47,067 nt of DNA from Nitrospinota bacterium (GTDB lineage: Bacteria; UBA8248), in NCBI GenBank assembly GCA_046581755.1, contig JAYGFR010000338.1, forward strand, positions 1 to 47,067. The letters run 5' to 3'. Below, in pieces: positions 37,844 through 47,067 of this stretch (positions are counted from its first letter, which is position 1; every line of letters begins with the position of its first letter). The notes under the pieces were generated by a model. It was not told where the DNA came from and searched no databases. It saw only the letters and a list, made by a program, of their open reading frames with translations. The translations under genes were made by a program, and so were the position numbers.

Positions 37844-38533
37844 ATGAACGCGCACTCGAACCTGGACGGCATGATCGCCGAATATATGCAGCTAGCGACA
37901 ACGAATGTGTCCGATGCCCTGGATCGCCTGCGGCTCGACGGGGCGCCGCAGGGTATTTTTCCCCTTTGGCCCGGCTGCCGAAAGATCGTGGGCCCGGCGG
38001 CGACCATGAAACTGGTTCCGGTGGGCGAGTCTTCCGCATCGCCGGTGAGCGGCTCCCTTGAGGCCGTGATGGCCAGACGCCCCGGCGATGTGCTCGTCAT
38101 CGATCACGGCGGCAACATGGAGGTGAACAGCTACGGCGGAATCGTCGGTTTCACCACCCACCACCGCAAACTCTCGGGCTGCATCATCGACGGCGTGGCG
38201 CGCGACGTGGATGAATACAAGGAACTCGATCTTCCCGTTTACGCACGGGGGATCGTTCAACAATCCATCCGGAACCGGTGCGCATTCGGGGGCTTCGGCA
38301 TCGAGGTCCAACTCGGCGGCGTCAGGGTCCGGCCGGGGGATCTCGTCATGGCGGACGGAAACGGCGTCGTCGTCATCCCAAAAGAGAATGCCGAAGAGGC
38401 TCTAACAATCACCAAGGAATGCAAGACAACCGAGGAGCGCATCGTCGAGGCGATTCGTGGCGGCGAAAATCCGGTCGACGCCCACGAGAAAGTCCGATAC
38501 GACTCGATGACCTCCCCGCCCCGGCCCGGTTAG
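37844..38533 (+). CDS. RraA/HMG aldolase family protein
   Basis: TTNVSDALD, PGDVLVID, IDGVARDVDE, VRPGDLVMADGNGVVVIP. Confidence 0.92.
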   Translation: MNAHSNLDGMIAEYMQLATTNVSDALDRLRLDGAPQGIFPLWPGCRKIVGPAATMKLVPVGESSASPVSGSLEAVMARRPGDVLVIDHGGNMEVNSYGGIVGFTTHHRKLSGCIIDGVARDVDEYKELDLPVYARGIVQQSIRNRCAFGGFGIEVQLGGVRVRPGDLVMADGNGVVVIPKENAEEALTITKECKTTEERIVEAIRGGENPVDAHEKVRYDSMTSPPRPG

Positions 38534-38539
38534 CGCCCG

Positions 38540-39125
38540 GGGCGCTTTGACGGCGCGCTCGTAGAGGCCGGGCATCCTGATACACCAATGGAGCAATTAG
38601 CGTGAGAGCGAAGGTGCGCAAACCGAGGGGAGTTTCAGGAATTCGAAAATTTTCAATATCCTTAATTTTCATGGGGGCGTTTCTCGCGGGTTGTGCGTCG
38701 CTCCCTCCGGTGAAAGCGATTAAAAGTCCTGCGGATATCGCGGGCAAAAGGAAAGGCACGCTCCTGTTGTATAGCGGCAGAGAGATCCCCGCGACGCTTC
38801 ACATCGATGCGGACTTGAACTACTTCTTCAAAGGGCCGAAATACAGCAAGACCAACACATTCATCATTGAAGGCGGCAAGGTCATCATGGGAAGGAACCG
38901 GGACGGCACGATGACCCTCCATGCCGGGGAGGGAAACCGGATACTGGCCACTCAAAACGAGTGGGCAATCGGGAATTTACGTTGGCGAAATAAGGCCCTC
39001 ATACCTATCTGAAATTCAAACCGATCCACTGCCGATTTTCAAGCGGTCGGGCGAACCGGCCCCCATCGTCCCGGCCCGGTGCCAACGCCTAGGGCGCTTT
39101 GACGGCGCGCTCGTACAGGCCGGGC
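38540..39125 (+). repeat. 34-bp direct repeat pair (38540-38573 and 39092-39125)
   Basis: gggcgctttgacggcgcgctcgta[g/c]aggccgggc, one mismatch; ccggcccggt also lies just upstream of each copy (38521, 39071). Confidence 0.9.
38602..39012 (+). CDS. Hypothetical lipoprotein
   Basis: LAGC lipobox after basic plus hydrophobic N-terminus; AT-richer than flanks. Confidence 0.65.
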   Translation: MRAKVRKPRGVSGIRKFSISLIFMGAFLAGCASLPPVKAIKSPADIAGKRKGTLLLYSGREIPATLHIDADLNYFFKGPKYSKTNTFIIEGGKVIMGRNRDGTMTLHAGEGNRILATQNEWAIGNLRWRNKALIPI

Positions 39126-39772
39126 GCTCCGTAGGTGTTCCCGGCCATGACCCATTCCTTGGAATTTCGAAGCGCCTTCCAGACAGCGTCCTCGTAAAAA
39201 GAGCGGTCCTCGAATTCGTGCAGGATAAAATGCCGGGGCGCGCCCTCCATCGACAGATAGCGCCGCACGCGGACCAGGCCCCGGAGCTTGGCGCACCAGG
39301 ACAGGTACTCGTTCACGAACCAGGCGTTGAACGCCCCGATGTCGTCGGGGCGCAAATCGAAGCGGTCCACGTAAACGACGGGGGCGAGCTCCCCGCCGGG
39401 GGCGGGCGAGGGTCCCGCCGAGGCGAGGGTGTAGCGCTCCAGCCCCATCATCCGCTCGTGTATGGCCGTGTCGCGCTCGTCCCGATCGCGGCGAAGGCTC
39501 TGGTAGGCCTCTCCGTACAGGTCGGCCACGGTGGCGGTCTCATAGAGGGTGAGAAACTCGGGGACGGTCGCCTGGGTGCCTCTTTCGATGTCCGCTACGG
39601 CGTCATAGGAGGCACAGGCGAAGAGTCCGGCCTTCAGGCGGGCCGGGAACATATCCTCGGCCAGCCAGGCGCGGAACTCTTCGCGCCACTTCTCTTCCAT
39701 ATCGCAGAACAGGGCGAGCAGGCCATGGCTTTGACCCGCCGCCGCCTCTGCCTTGGAAGATTCTGGATTCAA
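39089..39772 (-). CDS. Hypothetical protein with two EthD/DUF4286-like alpha-beta barrel domains
   Basis: EEFRAW...FLTLYE and AFNAWFVNEY...VRVRRY...FILHEFED; TTG start with GGAGG RBS. Confidence 0.7.
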   Translation of the reverse strand: MNPESSKAEAAAGQSHGLLALFCDMEEKWREEFRAWLAEDMFPARLKAGLFACASYDAVADIERGTQATVPEFLTLYETATVADLYGEAYQSLRRDRDERDTAIHERMMGLERYTLASAGPSPAPGGELAPVVYVDRFDLRPDDIGAFNAWFVNEYLSWCAKLRGLVRVRRYLSMEGAPRHFILHEFEDRSFYEDAVWKALRNSKEWVMAGNTYGAPGLYERAVKAP

Positions 39773-39928
39773 GGGAACGCCTCCCATCCGCCATGGCGCT
39801 TGGGCGCGGCGGGAACCGGGCGCGGGCGGCCGGATCTTCTGAAAATGCCCCCGCGCGGCCGAAAAAGCGCCCGCGGCTGAAAAAGCCCCCACGGAGAATA
39901 CCGGCGATTCATGATGACACCCGGACGA

Positions 39929-40957
39929 TTATCCGGGCATGCGGCCGGGGCGGTCAAACGCCGCACGGATCGCGGCGGCGGCACCCGCGAGGGCGTCCCA
40001 GCCCGAGGTGTGGCCGATGGCATCGACAGCATCGAGGCAGGCCGTGAGGCGGTCCCGGCGGTCCAGGTGGGGCCCGGGGAGAGCCATGGCCCGGATCGTG
40101 TCGTGAAGCGCGCCCGCGCCCTCTCCGGCGGCGGCGCAGGCCAGGTGCGCCCGGCTGATGCGGCTGGTGCGAGTCTCCGCCAGGGGGAGCGCCCATCCGG
40201 CCAGCCGATTTGCGAGACGGTCCATGCCCACCATGCGGAGGGCGATCATGGCCCCGCCGATGAAATCGTCTCCCGAGGGGGTCAACCCCGGCCCCAGGCC
40301 GATCAGATCAGCGGCCTCGCCGGGAGGCGCGCCCCCAGCGGGGGAGGCGGAATCCGCCGAATCGCCCTGAACCGCGCCGTTACGCGCCGCCTCTCCACAA
40401 ATCGCGTCGCCATGCGCCGCCTCATGGCGCAGCCAGCCCGTCAGGGCGTGGGCCGCCCGCGAGCCTGCACGCAAAAACGGATCTTTGGGGGCATCTCCGC
40501 CAAATCGTTTCGAAATATTCGCCCCAGGGGGGGAGAGCAGCCGCGCGAGGCCCTCCACGGGTCCGCGCCAGTCGGCCTTGACGGCGAGCCCGGAGAGGGC
40601 GTCCATCAAATCCGCCCGCCACCAGCCCTTGGGCAAACCCTCGGGGCGCCAGATCCTCGCTCCACCCGCCAGGAACGAAAACCCTCCCGCGCGGATCGAA
40701 CCGCCGCGCAACCAGGCCCGATCTCCGGGGCGCAGCCCACTCGCCTCCCAGTCCCAATCCCCGGGAAGGGCGCATTCCGCGTTCATCGGTCCCGCCCCGA
40801 TGGCCGCGGGGCCGATGCACACAAGGCCGCCCGCCATCTCCAGATAAAAGCTCCTCTGGAAAACGGCGAGTACCCTCCCCGCAGCCGCGCCATCCGTGCC
40901 ATCCACACCGACCGCGCCGGCCGCCAGGCCCAGCGCGCGGCGCGCGGCCCCGCCCAT
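39929..40957 (-). CDS. DUF2877 (AllH-like) protein, 5' end uncertain or truncated
   Basis: LIGLGPGLTPSGDDFIGG, RTSRIS, IGHTSGWDALAG. Confidence 0.82.
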   Translation of the reverse strand: MGGAARRALGLAAGAVGVDGTDGAAAGRVLAVFQRSFYLEMAGGLVCIGPAAIGAGPMNAECALPGDWDWEASGLRPGDRAWLRGGSIRAGGFSFLAGGARIWRPEGLPKGWWRADLMDALSGLAVKADWRGPVEGLARLLSPPGANISKRFGGDAPKDPFLRAGSRAAHALTGWLRHEAAHGDAICGEAARNGAVQGDSADSASPAGGAPPGEAADLIGLGPGLTPSGDDFIGGAMIALRMVGMDRLANRLAGWALPLAETRTSRISRAHLACAAAGEGAGALHDTIRAMALPGPHLDRRDRLTACLDAVDAIGHTSGWDALAGAAAAIRAAFDRPGRMPG

Positions 40958-41014
40958 GAGGGTAAGGGGAAACCGCAACTCCCCCGGGAAGGAGGCAGGG
41001 CTCCCTCCTCCGCC

Positions 41015-41245
41015 GGAAACCCTCTGGATGGATACGCCCTCCGCAGCCGCCATGGGGCCACCCTCCTTCTGAGTTGTCCCGCCTGGCTCGAATGCCGCCT
41101 CGAAGAGGCCGTCGAGAAAGGAGACCATTCCGTCTTCATCGGCCAAATCACCGCCGCCGGCGTACGCAGCCAGCCCGATGGCCGGCCCGACGAGGCCACA
41201 TTGTGGCTGAAAGATCTGGGCAACAACGTATTTTTCGGCGGCCGA
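41015..41245 (+). pseudogene. C-terminal half of a flavin reductase family gene
   Basis: CPAWLECRLEEAVEKGDHSVFIGQITAAGV...LKDLGNNVFFGG followed by CGA where a stop is expected; no N-terminus. Confidence 0.72.
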
Positions 41246-41307
41246 CCCAGGCGCGCAAAAAAGGGGGCGGCCCAGAGCCATCCCCCTGAATTGCCTCCCC
41301 GCCCGGC

Positions 41308-41646
41308 CTACTCGCAGCCGGGGCCCTTGACCTGCGCCGGGGCCACATCCGTGGGCAGCAACGATGACGCAAAGCCCTCCGGGTCCGCCCGGAAACCCTC
41401 CACCAGCGCCCGGAGCTGATCCAGCACCATATCCCGCTTCGCCAGCCCGATGGCGTAGATTCCAATCGGGTTCACCAGTTTCATATAAAATTCGTTGCCC
41501 GCCGCCTGCTCCACGACGCAAGCCGACGGCTTCTCGGCAATCGCCAGCTGCGGCCCGAACGCCTCCGCGAACTCCGCCAAAACAGGCTCGCCGTGCAAAT
41601 CCGCCGGGATCTCGGGAAACCGGGCGGCCAGTTCTTCGATAGTCAT
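41308..41646 (-). CDS. Hypothetical protein
   Basis: GAGGAG RBS; 112 aa with plausible codon usage; ends KGPGCE. Confidence 0.7.
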   Translation of the reverse strand: MTIEELAARFPEIPADLHGEPVLAEFAEAFGPQLAIAEKPSACVVEQAAGNEFYMKLVNPIGIYAIGLAKRDMVLDQLRALVEGFRADPEGFASSLLPTDVAPAQVKGPGCE

Positions 41647-41985
41647 GGGAAAAACTCCTCTCGCTCTCAAGCCAATTCACCAAAACCGCCAAAGCCAATT
41701 TCAGCTCAATGCGTCACTTTACCACACAACCTTCCCTTCTTCCTTTCCTTGATTCCATTTCCGGTTCCCCCCGAAATCGGAAAACCCCCTCCTTGCCCGG
41801 CTACGAATCTCCGCGCATTTTCTGTCGTGGTCATTTCACCGTTCGGCTGTATGTTCATCGCGCTGGTTGCGGATGGGCCGGCGCGGTGAGCGGTTGCGCC
41901 GGGCGAGGACGGTTTCCGGGGATTGAGGGAGTTTGCGGCGAACTTTTTCACTATAGGCAGCCCACGCCGGGAGGGGGACCGGTTT

Positions 41986-43947
41986 TCAAATGTCCCGGAT
42001 GAACCGCGAGGCGTAGGAGCGGACCTCCCGCCCGTTTAGGACGTGAAAGCGCCGGATGCGCTCGACGGTCTGGTGCGAGAAACGCCCGAGGGGGATGTGG
42101 ACGAGGTGTTTTTTGTTGAGGCGGGCGATCTGCCGCCAGCGGGCGAGGGGCGGGCCGGGGCTGACGAGGGCGACGGCGCGCTCGCCGGAATGAAAGCAGG
42201 CCCCGGCAATGAGCCGCTCTTCGAGCGTGCGCGTATAATCGAAACGCGGATCGCGCCAGATGTCTTCGATATAGCGGGGCGGGAAGAGAAAGAAGGCACC
42301 GCCGTAGGTGGACTGGGCAACGCCGGGGCCGATGACGTTCTCCTCGAAGGGAGTGGCGTACATGCAGAGGGTGGATTCTTCCTCGTGTTCGGCAAACCAC
42401 ATGGTGCGCCAGGCGTATTTTTCCGGGTCGGCCGGGGTGTCGAAGAGGAAGATGACGATCTCGAGGGTGCCCCGCGCGGGGGGAATCTCTTTCACGTAGA
42501 GACCGCCCGTGTGCCAGTTGCGCAGGGTCTCGCGCATATCGATGCCATCCTTGATGGAGGTGGTGAATTTTTCACTCCGGGCGAGGTCCTGGCCGAGGAG
42601 GGCCTTGGCCTGTTCGCGCACGTGGGTGTGGAAGCTTTCAATCTGAATGTCCTCGGGTGGCCAGGAGCACTGGGTGAAGGGGTTCCAGCGCTGGCGCCAT
42701 TCCTGTTTGCGGATGGCGGGGGGGTTGGGCTTGAGGGAGATGTTCCTCCAGACGACCTCGGAGCCGCCGAGGCGGTTCTTGATCGTGGCGAGGCCGCTGT
42801 CTGGAAATTCGACCTCCCCGATTCCGGCGCGTACGCTGTCGATCCGGCCGTCTTCCTCCTGGTAGGGATACTGGCGGGCAGTTTCGGCGAGGGTCAGAGC
42901 AAAAGCGTCGCCGGCGATCTGCTTGGCGGCGAGGACGAGGGTGAACAGGTCAGGGGTGAGGCGGCGGGACTGGAGGGTGAGGTTGCGGACGTACTGGAGG
43001 AAAATCTGGATCCGCTGGGGAGTGATCCAGTTCAGGGCGGGCTTGTACTCGCGCAGCCACTCGGAGCGGGCCTCGAGGATGAGCTCCTTCACACCGTCGA
43101 TGGACAGGTTGCGGTCGGTGCGGAGTTCCTCGCGGCATTTTTCGTAGAGAGCGGTGATGAAGGGAAGCTCGCCCAGGATGAAGGCGAGGGTGGCGCTCTC
43201 GACGGGGTAGCGTTTCGGAGCCGGAGGCGCGGCCCCGGTATCAGGCGGGGGGGCCTCGTCCAGATAGGCCTGGCGCACCCAGGGCCAATCCAGCGCCGGG
43301 CAAACGAAGGCGATCTTTTTGTAGCCCTCCTCTTCCAGCCCGCGCAGGCGGGCCGCCATCCAGCGCAACCGGTCCTCCCGCTGGCTGCCCGGGACGGGCC
43401 TCGGCGCGGCAGTCAGGAGAGCGGCTGCGAAGGCTTCGGCCGGCACTTTTTTCAGGGCATAGGGGTCGGGGAGGATATTGGTCTCGGGATGGAAAGAGGC
43501 GACCTCGATATCCACCCAAGCGCGAGGGATTCGCTCTTCCATCACCGTGCGCAGGGCCGCGATGACAGGCTGGCAGGGATCGATGGGCACGAAATTTATT
43601 GTGTCGGCCGTCTCCTCCTCCCAGGCAGGAGAGTCTTCTTCGGAGCGGGGGGGATATTCTTCATCTTCTTCCGAGGGCAAATCATATTCTTCATCTTCAA
43701 AGGCTCTATCCCACGAGGCATTCATCTCCCCGGTGAATATCCTCTCCTTGGCGGCTACGATAGAGACGGCGGGAAGGTCCAGGACGCCTTCCTCGACATC
43801 TTTCCGGAACGATTCGGGCAGCGGCAGTGCGATGCAGTCCGGCTCCATGCGCAGGAGACGGTCCCGCACCTCGACGGCGAAATCACCCGAGCCGTGGATG
43901 ACTGGCAGGACGAGGATTTTTTCCGAGATGGAAAGAAACGAGGTCAT
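41986..43947 (-). CDS. Large uncharacterised protein coupled to the MoxR ATPase (TraB/TIKI/YehM-like N-terminus)
   Basis: 653 aa, starts 4 nt after the ATPase stop; LPVIHGSG...PDCIALPLP, RED..MAARL. Confidence 0.75.
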   Translation of the reverse strand: MTSFLSISEKILVLPVIHGSGDFAVEVRDRLLRMEPDCIALPLPESFRKDVEEGVLDLPAVSIVAAKERIFTGEMNASWDRAFEDEEYDLPSEEDEEYPPRSEEDSPAWEEETADTINFVPIDPCQPVIAALRTVMEERIPRAWVDIEVASFHPETNILPDPYALKKVPAEAFAAALLTAAPRPVPGSQREDRLRWMAARLRGLEEEGYKKIAFVCPALDWPWVRQAYLDEAPPPDTGAAPPAPKRYPVESATLAFILGELPFITALYEKCREELRTDRNLSIDGVKELILEARSEWLREYKPALNWITPQRIQIFLQYVRNLTLQSRRLTPDLFTLVLAAKQIAGDAFALTLAETARQYPYQEEDGRIDSVRAGIGEVEFPDSGLATIKNRLGGSEVVWRNISLKPNPPAIRKQEWRQRWNPFTQCSWPPEDIQIESFHTHVREQAKALLGQDLARSEKFTTSIKDGIDMRETLRNWHTGGLYVKEIPPARGTLEIVIFLFDTPADPEKYAWRTMWFAEHEEESTLCMYATPFEENVIGPGVAQSTYGGAFFLFPPRYIEDIWRDPRFDYTRTLEERLIAGACFHSGERAVALVSPGPPLARWRQIARLNKKHLVHIPLGRFSHQTVERIRRFHVLNGREVRSYASRFIRDI

Positions 43948-43951
43948 CTCT

Positions 43952-44911
43952 CTAGCCATCGCCCCGGTCAGGATGAAGGGGGCTGTCGCCGCCGAAGAAG
44001 ATGTCTCCAAAGTTCATCGGTGGCAGCTCGTCCCCCAGCGCCTGGCGGCGGTGCCGGGCAAGTCCTCGCAAATCGAGGGCCTCATCGCCCAGGACTTTTC
44101 CGAGCGATTCGCGCCAAGCCTCGTCCCGGGAAAGAGGATGCGCCGGGTCCTGAGCGAGGCGCTTCAGGGCGTACTGGAGGATGTGGAGCCCATCGCGCGG
44201 AGAGTAGTCGAGATCGAGGCCGTGGGCCTCCTGGAGGAATTCCACCGTCATGGCAAGCATCTCATCGCCCGCGAAGGGAAGGTGGTAGCGGAGGATGGCG
44301 AGCTCATCCTCCCGGTCCGGGAATTCGAGCAAAAGGGTGGGCTGGAGCCGGGAGAGGATATAATCGGGCACCTCGTAGGTCGAGGCGTCCTCGTTCATCG
44401 TCACACAGCAGCGGAACTCGCGGTGGGCGGGGATGGTAATCCCGGCGACGATGGACTCGGTATAGCGCCGGTGATCGAGCAGGGGGGCCAGCGAGGCCCA
44501 GCTTTTCTCGCTCATTCGGTTGCCCTCGTCGATGACGCAGATTCCGCCCCGGATCATGGCAGTCACGAGGGGCGAGGCGTGGTAGGCGATGCGTCCCGAT
44601 TCGGCAAGGACGGGCGTCACGAGCAGGTCCTCGGGCCGGGTGTCGGCAGTGGCCTGGAAGATATAGAGCTCTTGGCCCCTGTCGCGGGCGGCGGCCATGG
44701 CGAGGGTGGTCTTCCCGATTCCAGGCGGACCCGTGATTCGGGGCGAGAGGGGGAGGTCCTCCTCGGCCACGATCAGCCAGCAGGCCTGGAGCTGATCGAG
44801 CGCCTCGCGCTGGCCGATCCACTCCTGGTCGGCCCCCGCCGGGCGGCTGAGGTGTAGATGGACACCATCGATCTCGGCGATGGCACCCACGGTTTTTGGA
44901 TCTTCATGCAC
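43952..44911 (-). CDS. MoxR-like AAA+ ATPase
   Basis: Walker A GPPGIGKT, Walker [13 protein letters not shown] sensor, ILSRL arginine finger. Confidence 0.9.
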   Translation of the reverse strand: MHEDPKTVGAIAEIDGVHLHLSRPAGADQEWIGQREALDQLQACWLIVAEEDLPLSPRITGPPGIGKTTLAMAAARDRGQELYIFQATADTRPEDLLVTPVLAESGRIAYHASPLVTAMIRGGICVIDEGNRMSEKSWASLAPLLDHRRYTESIVAGITIPAHREFRCCVTMNEDASTYEVPDYILSRLQPTLLLEFPDREDELAILRYHLPFAGDEMLAMTVEFLQEAHGLDLDYSPRDGLHILQYALKRLAQDPAHPLSRDEAWRESLGKVLGDEALDLRGLARHRRQALGDELPPMNFGDIFFGGDSPLHPDRGDG

Positions 44912-44923
44912 GGTACGCTCCTT

Positions 44924-45287
44924 CTATGCCTTTTTCGGGCCGTAGTTCGATTTCACATCGAAGGCGGGTGTGGCCGCCGAAATGTAGGAGAGCATCTCGC
45001 TCCCCGAATTGACGATATAGTGAGGCACGTTTCCTGGCACATGAGCCATCTCACCTACCTCGAGTTCGCGGCTCTCGGCACCAATGTGCATCCTGCCCCT
45101 GCCAGCGATAACGACATAAACCTGCTCTGGTTCGTGGCGATTTTCCGCCTGAGCGGCGCCGGGCGCAACGTCCACCCACGTGATGGAAAGGTTGCTCTCC
45201 GCCGCGTCCCCCGCCTGCAGCAGAATATGGGAGCAAAGCCCGTCAAGCTCCCCCCCGGGGTGAATCGGCTTTGCCCCTGACGTACAT
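44924..45287 (-). pseudogene. Cupin domain protein, frameshifted at a G7 run (45250-45256)
   Basis: GGAGG RBS then MYVRGKADSPR; removing one G joins GELDGLCSHILLQ...HEPEQVYVV...VPH. May be a sequencing error. Confidence 0.78.
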
Positions 45288-45317
45288 GATTCGTCCTCCC
45301 CTGACGCCCGGGCCCCC

Positions 45318-46052
45318 TCAGCCCTCGCCCAGCAACCGGCTCGGTTTGAGCGGCTTGAACCGCCTCAGGCGGAATTTCTCCGCCGCATGCTTTTCGACAT
45401 GCGCAACGGCCTCATCGATGGAGTCGGTCACGAGAAAGAGATCGAGATCCGACTCCGATATCGTCCCCTCCTCGGCCATCAGCTCCAGAAAAACGATCAA
45501 CGGCCGCCAGTATTTCTCGCCCATGAGGACAACTGGAAAGTGGGCGATCTTCCCTGTCTGTATCAGGGTGACGGCCTCGAACACCTCGTCCATCGTTCCC
45601 ATCCCGCCGGGCAGGCCGATGAATCCATAAGAGTACTTGAACAGGAACACCTTGCGTATGAAAAAATAGTGGATGTCCACCCAGCGGTCGAGATAGGGGT
45701 TGGGGGCCTGCTCTATGGGAAGGGAGATGTTGCAACCGACAGACTTTCCCCCGGCCTCGCGCGCTCCCCGGTTGGCCGCCTCCATCAGGCCGGGACCGCC
45801 GCCGGTCATCACCGTGAAGCCCATCCGGGAGACCGAGGCCCCGATTTTCCGGCCGAGCTCGTAGTAGGGATGCCCCTCCCCGATGCGGGCCGAGCCGAAA
45901 ATGGTGATGCAGGGCCCCACGAAGTGAAACACCCGGAAGCCCTTGATGAAATCCCGCGCCATCCGGAACACGAAACCGAGCTCGCTTCTCCGCGAACTCG
46001 GCCCTTCCAGAAAAACCTGCTCGTGGTTCCCCGAGCCGAAAATACTCGCCAT
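45318..46052 (-). CDS. LOG family protein (TIGR00730)
   Basis: FGSAR, TGGGPGLMEAANRGA, YFFIRK, PGGMGTMDE. Confidence 0.93.
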   Translation of the reverse strand: MASIFGSGNHEQVFLEGPSSRRSELGFVFRMARDFIKGFRVFHFVGPCITIFGSARIGEGHPYYELGRKIGASVSRMGFTVMTGGGPGLMEAANRGAREAGGKSVGCNISLPIEQAPNPYLDRWVDIHYFFIRKVFLFKYSYGFIGLPGGMGTMDEVFEAVTLIQTGKIAHFPVVLMGEKYWRPLIVFLELMAEEGTISESDLDLFLVTDSIDEAVAHVEKHAAEKFRLRRFKPLKPSRLLGEG

Positions 46053-46234
46053 CGCTCCTCCATTCCCGCGTGAAACAGACGGGAGAATCTTTTCCGCCCC
46101 GCCGTGACGCCCTCATTATCCCAAACTTCGCCGGAGATTGCTCGCTGGGCGCAAAATGCACCTAATCCGGTACACCGTTTGGGATAAATCACATGTGATA
46201 TATTGAGCCCTGTTTTTCGCCCCATGGAGAGACG

Positions 46235-47067
46235 ATGAACCTGTTCGAGGACCTGAAGGGCCGCGGCCTCATTCACGATTATACGGACCAGCCCGAACTC
46301 TTCGACGCCCTCGGGCTCGGCGGGTTGACGCTCTATTGCGGTTTCGACCCCACGGCCGAGAGCCTCCATATCGGAAGCCTCCTGCCCATCACCGGCCTTA
46401 TACGCTTTCAGCGGGCCGGACACCGCCCCCTGGCCCTGGTAGGCGGGGCGACGGGAATGATCGGCGACCCCTCGGGCAAGTCCGAGGAGCGGAACCTGCT
46501 CGGCGCCGACGCCCTGGCCCGGAACATTGAGGGCATCCGCGCCCAGCTGGGAAATTTTCTCGACTTCGGGGCCGGCAAAATCGCCGCCAAGATGGTGAAC
46601 AACGCCGACTGGCTCGACGAAATGAACCTGTTGGATTTTCTCCGCGATGCCGGCAAGCATTTTTCCGTCGCTTACATGATGGGGAAAGAGTCCGTTAAGG
46701 CGCGAATTTCCAAGGCCGGGATCTCGTTCACCGAATTCAGCTACATGATTCTCCAGGCCTACGACTTTCATCACCTTTTCGGCGCCGAGGGCTGCACCCT
46801 CCAGATCGGCGGCTCGGATCAGTGGGGCAACATCACCGCCGGCATCGAGCTTATCCGGCGCAGCCGGAGAAAGACCGCCTTCGGCATCACCTTCCCCCTC
46901 ATCACCACCTCGGACGGAAGGAAGTTCGGAAAGACCGAGGAGGGCAGCATTTGGCTCGATCCCGCGAGAACGAGCCCCTACCGCTTTTATCAGTACTGGA
47001 TTCAGACGGGCGACAGCGATGTGGGCCGCTTCCTGCGCTATTTCACCTTCCTCTCCCTGGAAGAAAT
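46235..47067 (+). CDS. tyrS: Tyrosine--tRNA ligase (runs off the window end)
   Basis: [42 protein letters not shown]. Confidence 0.97.
   Translation, partial: MNLFEDLKGRGLIHDYTDQPELFDALGLGGLTLYCGFDPTAESLHIGSLLPITGLIRFQRAGHRPLALVGGATGMIGDPSGKSEERNLLGADALARNIEGIRAQLGNFLDFGAGKIAAKMVNNADWLDEMNLLDFLRDAGKHFSVAYMMGKESVKARISKAGISFTEFSYMILQAYDFHHLFGAEGCTLQIGGSDQWGNITAGIELIRRSRRKTAFGITFPLITTSDGRKFGKTEEGSIWLDPARTSPYRFYQYWIQTGDSDVGRFLRYFTFLSLEE

Noticed and set aside
46053..46234. T-box leader for tyrS
   Set aside because: No AAGGTGGNACC T-box motif or terminator visible; the gap is shared with a divergent gene.
1..47067. Alternative genetic code with TGA as Trp or Gly
   Set aside because: Many genes end cleanly in TGA, Trp is TGG throughout, and internal TGAs occur only at catalytic Cys positions.

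Overview
High-GC bacterial chromosomal window with about 45 genes, tRNA-Asn(GTT), sdhCAB and the start of tyrS; no CRISPR array or intact mobile element was seen. Two observations stand out. (1) A three-gene operon at 21529-24775 (-) resembles the archaeal PolB2 DNA-damage mutagenesis cassette: an inactive RecA/RadA-like protein, a small 'MGRT...' helical protein and a PolB with PolB2-type motifs. Its sigma70 promoter has a LexA-like repeat in the spacer, and it meets a convergent SRAP/YedK gene tail to tail. (2) Three probable selenoproteins that the ORF track splits or truncates (DsbA/FrnE-like, TlpA/DipZ-like redoxin, exported thioredoxin) each have an in-frame TGA at the catalytic Cys position followed by a SECIS-like hairpin. 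Also present: a tmRNA 3'-end att-like site with an IHF box at the left edge, a lipoprotein gene bracketed by a 34-bp duplication of the neighbouring gene's 3' end, a hydantoinase A/B catabolic cluster with a fused acetone-carboxylase-gamma-like domain, a MoxR AAA ATPase with a large partner gene, and many frameshifted genes and gene remnants (decay and/or sequencing error). All family calls come from motif recognition by eye; no searches were run.
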